Shown piece after piece: positions 39,782-46,608 of a stretch of 64,000 nt of DNA. The DNA lies in NCBI GenBank assembly GCA_039934295.1, contig JBDTMN010000001.1, forward strand, positions 38,091 to 102,090, read 5' to 3'. This DNA is from Candidatus Tayloriibacteriota bacterium. Its GTDB lineage: Bacteria > Patescibacteriota > Minisyncoccia > Phycocordibacterales > HO2-43-120. Position numbers and translations under genes: made by a program. Under the pieces are notes generated by a model. The model had not been told where the DNA came from, made no database searches, and saw nothing but the letters and a program-made list of their open reading frames with translations. Numbering within the stretch: position 1 is the stretch's first letter; each line of letters begins with the position of its first letter.

Positions 39782-41626
39782 AAGATTTCTCGACTTCGAA
39801 ACATCATCACCCGGGAGGCCGAAACTTTCGTTGCCCTCAATAGTAACGGGAACAATTTTATTGAAATTGAATGTGCTTTGCTTGTAATAATTAGTTGCGA
39901 GCATGAGTTGCATGACCCGACTCCAAATCTCTCCCGCACCACTCTGGCCGGAGAGTTGTTTAGTCGAAGTATTGTCGGCATTACCAACCCAGACACCAAC
40001 AATAAAGTCGGGCGTATATCCTATGACCCAGCTATCACGAAAATCATCAGAGGTACCTGTTTTGAGTGCATAGTTTTGGACGGGCAAATTCAGGTCGCTC
40101 GTGTAGCCGAATTGGTCAATGCCGAGGTAGCGGTCGCTTAAAATTTTATTGATTAGTTGAATGTAAGGCGGGTCAATGACCTCTATGGTTTTGCCCACAA
40201 ACACTTTCTGATTTAGCGTGGCGTCTTTGAATAAGTGAAGCGGAACAATGTTGCCTTCATTGCCGAAAATGGTGTAGAAATGAGTGAGCTCAATTAAGGT
40301 CATTGGAATTGTGCCGAGCGCGGTGCCTAGCTGATGCTCATCCACAATGTTTGGTTGTGAATATCCAACCCTGCGGAGAAAATCAGCAAAACGATTGACG
40401 CCAAAAAATTCCAGAGTTTTAATTGCCGGCACGTTGATGCTATTTGCTAAGGCGTAACTTGCGGTAACAATGCCGTGATATTTGCCGTCATAATTTTTAG
40501 GATAGAGAGTCCTTCCGTCGGCGGTAACGTAGCGGTATTCTTTGTCGTTAATGAGTGTATATGGTCGAAGTCCTCGAGCGAAGGCGTTTACATAAACCAA
40601 GGGCTTAATGGTCGAGGCAACTTGGCGAGATTTAAGGAGCATATTGATTTGCTGGCCAAACCTCTCTGATTTTGGGTCTGGGCTTCCAGTGAGACTCAAG
40701 ATTTCGTTATTGTGAAGGGACAGCACCACAACCCCCACATTGTGAGCATCTCGATTGTATAGCGAGGGCATATTGCTTCTCACAATTTCTCTAATTTTAT
40801 TGGAGAGTGGCTGGTCAATCGTGAGTGCGATTTTTTTTGCGTCCTCATTTTGTTTCGTAATGAACGACTCGATTTCAAAGAAGTTTGGCTGGTTTAAGAA
40901 GGTGCTTACATTCTTCCCCGCTTTTTCTGGACTCACAAAATTTTCATCGATTACCGATATACCGAGTTCTTTCGCAAGAGCTCGTGCCGTTTCAACATTG
41001 TTGCCGAGAAGGGGATTATTGAAGCTCGGGTTCCCTAAAGATGTGAGGAGTTGGAGAATTTCTTCGTCGCTCAAGTTTTCGGGGTTTTTCTCAAAGTAGC
41101 CCCGGCTTGCAGTTTGGAATCCCTGCAACTGGTTGCCGAAATAAACGGTGTTGAGATATGCAAGCAGGGTTTCGTACTTCCTGTGGAATAAATTAAATGC
41201 AAAGGCGTCCCACGCTTCAGACAATTTGTTAGGCAGGTTCCGGTCGGTTTCTTGTTCAAGCAGGAGTTTGACAAGTTGTTGATTGAGGGTGCTGGAGCCG
41301 CGCCGATTGCCTAGACCGAGTTTGCCGAAGACAGCTTCGATAATGCTCACCGGATTTAATCCGGGATGCATGTAGAAAAAGCGGTCTTCTTTTGAGAGGA
41401 GCAGACTCGCCACCCTTTCCGGGGTGCTGGTGGCGTAGAGTGCGAGATAATTTTTACTATTCGGCCTAATCGAGATTATTTCTCCATTGCGGTCAAGCAC
41501 GATTTGCGACTGCGCTTTTTGGTAAAGACTATCCAAGCTACGATTCGCCGACCACAAGCCGATGAGTATTATCGCGAGCAAACCGAGCACAATTTTCACC
41601 AACAAACGAAGCTTTTTTGACTTCAT
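39764..41626 (-). CDS. pbpC: PBP1C-like bifunctional transglycosylase/transpeptidase
   Basis: EDRFF..HPG, GSSTLNQQL, STIK (SxxK), SIN (SxN), KTGTS; adjacent to A2M. Confidence 0.8.
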   Translation of the reverse strand: MKSKKLRLLVKIVLGLLAIILIGLWSANRSLDSLYQKAQSQIVLDRNGEIISIRPNSKNYLALYATSTPERVASLLLSKEDRFFYMHPGLNPVSIIEAVFGKLGLGNRRGSSTLNQQLVKLLLEQETDRNLPNKLSEAWDAFAFNLFHRKYETLLAYLNTVYFGNQLQGFQTASRGYFEKNPENLSDEEILQLLTSLGNPSFNNPLLGNNVETARALAKELGISVIDENFVSPEKAGKNVSTFLNQPNFFEIESFITKQNEDAKKIALTIDQPLSNKIREIVRSNMPSLYNRDAHNVGVVVLSLHNNEILSLTGSPDPKSERFGQQINMLLKSRQVASTIKPLVYVNAFARGLRPYTLINDKEYRYVTADGRTLYPKNYDGKYHGIVTASYALANSINVPAIKTLEFFGVNRFADFLRRVGYSQPNIVDEHQLGTALGTIPMTLIELTHFYTIFGNEGNIVPLHLFKDATLNQKVFVGKTIEVIDPPYIQLINKILSDRYLGIDQFGYTSDLNLPVQNYALKTGTSDDFRDSWVIGYTPDFIVGVWVGNADNTSTKQLSGQSGAGEIWSRVMQLMLATNYYKQSTFNFNKIVPVTIEGNESFGLPGDDVSKSRNLLLNSE

Positions 41627-41773
41627 TTCAAGGAGTGTAGCATAGTTTGGAGTGCGCTATTTACCAACATAGTAAAAATGCCGAAATCGTTTCAACATTA
41701 AAAAAACAAGTTTTGTCCGAAAATGAGTTCGCGGAATTCCTTTTTAAATTTCATGTCAAATTTTGCGCACGCA

Positions 41774-41816
41774 AATCCCCGCCGTTTTGAGGAAACATAT
41801 AAAACGGCGGGGATTG
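41774..41816. terminator. GC-rich hairpin after 41822..42319
   Basis: aatccccgccgtttt ... aaaacggcggggatt. Confidence 0.6.
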
Positions 41817-41821
41817 CTCCC

Positions 41822-42319
41822 TTAATTATAGGAATAGATAGAATTTAGAATTTTCTGAACTTCCTGAAATAAAGGATTGGAAGAATCAATTTTTGTCGTA
41901 CAACTTCCGATTATCTCATCGCCGTGCGATGTTTGAAATTTATAAGTAAATTCTGAACCGTCATAAGCTGTTGGACAGATATCGGTAAAAGGCGTTTTTC
42001 GTAATGTTTTGTAATTACTATTTTCAATTAGATTCTGTAAATTTTTTACTTCACTAGCACCCAAATTACCACTCTTTTTACTACCGCTACCATCTTCTGT
42101 GGCAAATGTTCCGTCCTTACTGATTATGATTGTCGAGAAACACCCTCCGTATTGACATAAACCTCCACGGTCTTGAACAATCAGTAATTCTTTAGAGGTA
42201 TTGGAAACGAAAGGCATTTCCGTTCTGTTTTTATAGATATATACACTCCAGCCTATTACCGTCAATGCAATAGCCACAAGGAGAACTGGGACAATAAAAT
42301 CGTTTAGTGAGTTTTTCAT
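41822..42319 (-). CDS. membrane-anchored Cys-containing hypothetical protein
   Basis: TM anchor, GGLCQYGGC, CPTAYDG. Confidence 0.7.
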   Translation of the reverse strand: MKNSLNDFIVPVLLVAIALTVIGWSVYIYKNRTEMPFVSNTSKELLIVQDRGGLCQYGGCFSTIIISKDGTFATEDGSGSKKSGNLGASEVKNLQNLIENSNYKTLRKTPFTDICPTAYDGSEFTYKFQTSHGDEIIGSCTTKIDSSNPLFQEVQKILNSIYSYN

Positions 42320-42341
42320 ATGTCTTAATTATACTACAAAT

Positions 42342-42410
42342 AAACCGAGCACAATTTTCACCAACAAATGACGCTTTTTTGCCTTCATTTCAAGGAGTGT
42401 AGCATAGTTT
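42342..42410 (-). pseudogene. 69-bp duplicate of the pbpC promoter and first ~15 codons
   Basis: Matches 41580..41648 with 3 mismatches. Confidence 0.75.
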
Positions 42411-42449
42411 TACATCAACATTTTCTAATCCCTTTGATATAATGACACA

Positions 42450-43418
42450 GTGAAAAAACTAGACCCCAAAAATCAAATTTCAGTTACTAAAGATACTATT
42501 TCGCAAATTCTGAAATCATTTGCTATTTTCGATTATACTTTTAAAACTGTGAGCGAAGGAATATCGAACACTTCTTTGATTATAGAAACACAAGATACGA
42601 AATACGTTTTGAGAATTTATGCAGTTGATAGAAAAGATGATAGCGATATTATCTTTGAAATACAGTTTCAAGATTACTTAAGAGCGCAAGGTATCCCAAT
42701 TCCTTTGATTTATCCGAATAATTTAGGCGACGAGCTTACCATTACGGAGATAGAGGGAAAACGATGGCAGAGTATTCTTTCGGAATTTATAGAAGGGGAA
42801 AGCATCACTCCACATCCTTCTCTTGAACTGATGTCGGAACTGGCTACTCTTCAAGCTAAAATGCATCTGCTAGGAATAAATTATGCCCAAACAAAAAAAC
42901 AGCCTAAGAAATTGTGGGAAGATTTACACGATGAACTAGCTGGAAAGATTCACAATCATCCTATTAGCAAGGACAAGAAAATAGTAGACTTTATCGAAAG
43001 GGTAAAATCGTATCGTTACCTACTTAGTCCTAAACTTCCGCACGGCTACAACCATTTAGATATAGATTTCGACGGAAATGTAATAACAAAAGACAATAAA
43101 ATAAATGGGATTGTTGATTTTGAAGACGTTCAATATTCCCCAGTAATTGTCTGTCTAGGTTTTACCCTTTGGAATATTTTAAATGATCAAGGATTAGAAG
43201 CTATGAGATACTATTTAAAGGAATATGAGAAATTACGTCCTCTTAACAAAGAAGAATACGAGGTTCTTCCTCACGCCATTTTTTTTCGTAACTATGCAAT
43301 AGGAATGATACGCTTGCTCTTATGGGAGGACACAACTGCAATGTCAGATTTCGAAGATATTCTTAGGTTGGAAAAGGAAATTCATAAGATTGAAATAGCA
43401 GGATTGCAACAAGTTTAA
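42450..43418 (+). CDS. APH/homoserine kinase type II-like phosphotransferase
   Basis: GISNT..KYVLRIY, HLDIDFDGNV catalytic loop, DFED. Confidence 0.85.
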   Translation: MKKLDPKNQISVTKDTISQILKSFAIFDYTFKTVSEGISNTSLIIETQDTKYVLRIYAVDRKDDSDIIFEIQFQDYLRAQGIPIPLIYPNNLGDELTITEIEGKRWQSILSEFIEGESITPHPSLELMSELATLQAKMHLLGINYAQTKKQPKKLWEDLHDELAGKIHNHPISKDKKIVDFIERVKSYRYLLSPKLPHGYNHLDIDFDGNVITKDNKINGIVDFEDVQYSPVIVCLGFTLWNILNDQGLEAMRYYLKEYEKLRPLNKEEYEVLPHAIFFRNYAIGMIRLLLWEDTTAMSDFEDILRLEKEIHKIEIAGLQQV

Positions 43419-43422
43419 TACC

Positions 43423-43466
43423 TGCGGAGGGTGAGAGATTTGAACTCTTGAAGGAATTTCTCCCTT
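43423..43466 (-). pseudogene. displaced 3' half of a different tRNA-Ser allele
   Basis: Minus strand AAGGGAGAAATTCCTTCAAGAGTTCAAATCTCTCACCCTCCGC = variable arm, T-arm and 3' acceptor strand. Confidence 0.6.
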
Positions 43467-43489
43467 GCCACCTTTCTCCCGATTCAAGG

Positions 43490-43576
43490 CGGAGACGGCG
43501 AGATTTGAACTCGCGAAGGATTTTATTCCTTACTCGCTTTCCAAGCGAGCGCACTAGGCCACTATGCGACGTCTCC
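43490..43576 (-). tRNA. tRNA-Ser(GGA)
   Basis: GGAGACG/CGTCTCC acceptor stem, CTCGC-TTGGAAA-GCGAG anticodon arm, long variable arm, GTTCAAATC. Confidence 0.95.
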
Positions 43577-43872
43577 GCCTTGAATCTGGATTGCGATTTA
43601 CTACTAATCACTTTGTTCTTAGGTAAATCGGGAACATTGTAGCTATTTAACCGCTCTGGCATTCCTCAGCCGTAATATAGATAAACACAAAGTCAAATTT
43701 TGCGCACTATCTCCTTACAGGAGCTGTACACTCTTCACATTTTGAAACAAAACGTTCAGAGTCTTGCGATGCTCCATGTATTCGCATCTCACACCATGCG
43801 AACCATCCTAAATACCTCAACATCCTAACAGAAATTGGCAATATGGGTAAGACGGGATAGAATGAGATAACG

Positions 43873-44433
43873 ATGATTACTTCAAAAGAGTTTGACCGAG
43901 AAATAAAAAAAATTATTAAAAAAGGCGGGGTGGGAGTGATTCCTACCGACACTCTCTATGGTCTTGTGGGAAGCGCGCTTCAAGAGGAGGCGGTGGAGAG
44001 AATTTATGCTCTCAAAAAAAGACAGAGCCGGAAACCGCTTATTGTTTTGATTTCAAGCGCGACAGAACTGAAAAAATTTGGAATTAGTGTAGACGAGAGC
44101 ACTAAAAAAATTTTAAGAACTGTTTGGCCGGGACCCACCAGTGTCATTCTTCCCGTTTTTGGAGTAAAATGGAGATACCTCGATAGGGGAGAAGGCTCGA
44201 TTGCTTTCCGAGTGCCAAACATTCCCGCCCTAAGAAAATTCTTGGCCGATGTAGGGCCGTTGGTTGCTCCCTCCGCAAACCCGGAAGCTTCGGAGCCTGC
44301 CCGCAATATTTCAGAAGCGAAAAAATATTTTGGCGACAGCGTGGATTTCTATTTCGAAGGGCGGAAGCTTTTCGGCAAAGCATCGTCTTTGATTTCAATA
44401 AAAAACGGAGCTATAAAAGTAATCCGAGCCTGA
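43873..44433 (+). CDS. tsaC: L-threonylcarbamoyladenylate synthase (TsaC/Sua5/YrdC)
   Basis: PTDTLYGL, KKR..KPL, WPGPT, APSAN. Confidence 0.92.
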   Translation: MITSKEFDREIKKIIKKGGVGVIPTDTLYGLVGSALQEEAVERIYALKKRQSRKPLIVLISSATELKKFGISVDESTKKILRTVWPGPTSVILPVFGVKWRYLDRGEGSIAFRVPNIPALRKFLADVGPLVAPSANPEASEPARNISEAKKYFGDSVDFYFEGRKLFGKASSLISIKNGAIKVIRA

Positions 44434-44490
44434 CCAAAGCCTGACCAAAGCCTGACCAAAGCCTGACCAAAGCCTGACCAAAGCCTGACC
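44427..44490 (+). repeat. 11-bp tandem repeat (AGCCTGACCAA) x ~5.8 spanning the tsaC stop
   Basis: Directly visible perfect tandem copies. Confidence 0.95.
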
Positions 44491-44559
44491 CCAGCTGATT
44501 GAAGTCTGAATAAATTTATCCCGTTTTCTACATAAAATTGCAATAAAAATGTATCGAGG

Positions 44560-44599
44560 TGTATACTTTAAGCACGCTATAGCGTGGTTAAAGTATACA
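44560..44599. promoter_or_regulatory. 40-bp near-perfect palindrome overlapping a -10 box (putative operator)
   Basis: TGTATACTTTAAGCACGCTA|TAGCGTGGTTAAAGTATACA (1 mismatch); TTGCAA -35 at 44538. Confidence 0.7.
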
Positions 44600-44681
44600 G
44601 GTTAATTGGTTCATTGTTTAACGCAAAGCTTAAAGTAGGGTCCTGCAGGCTTGCCTAAGGCTATCTACTACTCATCAAAAT

Positions 44682-45299
44682 ATGGTTATACATTCCGAAA
44701 AGGTGTCAGAGAGTCTCTCTGATTTGGAAGATCGAATCAGAAAAGACGTTCGACTTTCTAAAATTCAAAGTGCGGTGATTGCTTCCGTGGGAGCGGCAGC
44801 GGCTCTAGCGTTAGTGGCGCTTGCTCCAAATATTTTTCAAATTCTCAAAATTGGAAATCTTGATAAAAAAATGCGTCATAGAAAATTAACTGCTCTATCA
44901 CGCGCTCGACACAGGTTGATTGAGCAAGGGATACTCTTACAGTCTGAAACCGAAAATGGTCCGACTCTCCGTCTCTCGAAGAAAGGGGAAGCCCTCTTTG
45001 CGGCAATTGAACTGAAGAAATTTAAAATCAAGATACCGAAGAAATGGGATAAAAAATGGAGGGTTGTTATTTTTGATATTAAGGAGAAAAGAAAGGGAAC
45101 GCGAGATGAGCTTCGAAGTCTTTTACAAAAAATCGGACTTCTTCAGATTCAGAAAAGCGCATACATTTATCCTTATCCGTGCAACGAGCTTGTCGCTTTA
45201 ATAAAAGCACATTATGGTGTGGGCGAGTCACTTCTCTACATGATTGTTGAGCAGATTGAAAATGACAGAAAGTTTAAAAGATATTTCGGCATTCATTAG
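44682..45299 (+). CDS. PaaX-like regulator (wHTH + Cas2-like ferredoxin domain)
   Basis: LSRARHRLIEQG..LRLSKKG wHTH; KWDKKWRVVIFDIKE..RDELR..L...G...IQKS.YIYP PaaX-central/Cas2-like motif. Confidence 0.8.
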   Translation: MVIHSEKVSESLSDLEDRIRKDVRLSKIQSAVIASVGAAAALALVALAPNIFQILKIGNLDKKMRHRKLTALSRARHRLIEQGILLQSETENGPTLRLSKKGEALFAAIELKKFKIKIPKKWDKKWRVVIFDIKEKRKGTRDELRSLLQKIGLLQIQKSAYIYPYPCNELVALIKAHYGVGESLLYMIVEQIENDRKFKRYFGIH

Positions 45300-45352
45300 C
45301 AAATAGTAATTCATAATTTGACTATCACGCTAGCTTTACAGCCAACTGTTAT

Positions 45353-45388
45353 GCAACTTTAATCACGCTATCGCGTACTTCAAGTTGC
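45353..45388. repeat. second copy of the ACTTTAA.CACGCTA palindrome, downstream of the PaaX-like gene
   Basis: GCAACTTTAATCACGCTA|TCGCGTACTTCAAGTTGC. Confidence 0.65.
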
Positions 45389-45423
45389 TATTGGAAGCAC
45401 AAAAAATATCTTAAAAAACGAAA

Positions 45424-45585
45424 TAAATCCTTAATCTAAATCCTGTATCCTTAATCTTTAGTCCGGAGTCCATAATCCCTAATCCCTAATCCTAAATCCT
45501 AAATCCTAGATCCTATATCTTGTATCCTTAATCTTTAGTCTCCAATTCTTAATCCTACATCATCAATCGTAAATCTTGAGTCCTC
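45424..45585 (+). repeat. degenerate 6-7-bp tandem repeat tract (TAAATCC/TAATCC)
   Basis: ...taatccctaatccctaatcctaaatcctaaatcctagatcc... Confidence 0.8.
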
Positions 45586-45693
45586 ATCACGCGTTATCCG
45601 AGAGATACTTTTTGTCTCCGATTTGCGCTTAGGAATCAAGGATTACATTTTGTAAAAAAGGTCATTTTTGTGGATTTATGATAAACTGTAGAC

Positions 45694-46188
45694 ATGAAAA
45701 AGTTTTTATTTTCAATACTACTCATCATTGTTATCCTCTGGAGCGCGTCTTTGATTTTGAAAGAGAGCAATATTTTTTCGATGGATGCGAATGGGGAATC
45801 TCTTGAAAATCAAGTGAAAAGCTTTGCGTCAAAGCCATTCCTATTGGCAAAAATTGGCTCGACGCCCATTATTCTTCAAGAAGCTGTCACAGGGTATGAA
45901 AGGACTCTCGGTCTTTCCGGAAGAGCATCGCTCCCCAAAGACCAGGGACTCTTTTTTGTTTTTGAACATCCGGATTTTAACTATATCTGGATGAAAGATA
46001 TGAAATTTTCGATAGATATTCTTTGGCTCGATTCAAATTTCAAAATCACGGACATTGTGGAAGATGCCACACCCCAGTCTTTTCCAAACTCGTTCGCACC
46101 GAAAGAAAAATCTTACTACGTATTGGAAGTGAATTCCGGATTTGTAAGACGAAACGGAATTAAAATCGGCGACGCGCTTGAAATTTAG
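45694..46188 (+). CDS. DUF192 family protein
   Basis: GLSGR..L....GLFFVF, WMKDMKFSIDILW, YVLEVNSG. Confidence 0.9.
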   Translation: MKKFLFSILLIIVILWSASLILKESNIFSMDANGESLENQVKSFASKPFLLAKIGSTPIILQEAVTGYERTLGLSGRASLPKDQGLFFVFEHPDFNYIWMKDMKFSIDILWLDSNFKITDIVEDATPQSFPNSFAPKEKSYYVLEVNSGFVRRNGIKIGDALEI

Positions 46189-46608
46189 TAAAAGTAATTT
46201 CAAACTGAGAACATTTCCTCAAAAAGCTAAATGGAAATTTTCTTTTTTCATATTTTTTTAAAAAAATGCGCGTGATTAGCTATATTTGAGAGGATATTTT
46301 TTCGGAGCCGTGGACATTTTTTTCTTTTTATTTTTTGATGCGTAATTTGCTTGTCGCCCCATTTTTTTATTTACAATTTTAGAGTATACTGATAGAGAAC
46401 TTATCGCGGAATGATTTCTGATTTTTTTGACCAGATTTCAAGGCACGTAAGTTCATCTCTGCCGTTTTTTTAAATCAGAAAGAGATTGTTCAGTTTTTAG
46501 ACCCTCTCGTGAGGAACAGATTTTTTATGCTCGAAGTTTTCTTCACTCTTTCTTTCAAAAGTTAGATGAGATTTCGAGGCCCCAATTTAATTAGCCACAT
46601 TTAGCATT

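Noticed and set aside
43707-43823. Short Cys/His-containing minus-strand ORF upstream of tRNA-Ser
   Set aside because: No convincing start context or family; could be a gene remnant but cannot be supported.
44427-45585. CRISPR-Cas locus (Cas2-like gene plus repeats)
   Set aside because: The repeats are contiguous 6-11-bp tandems without unique spacers, there is no cas1 or effector, and the protein has PaaX-like architecture.
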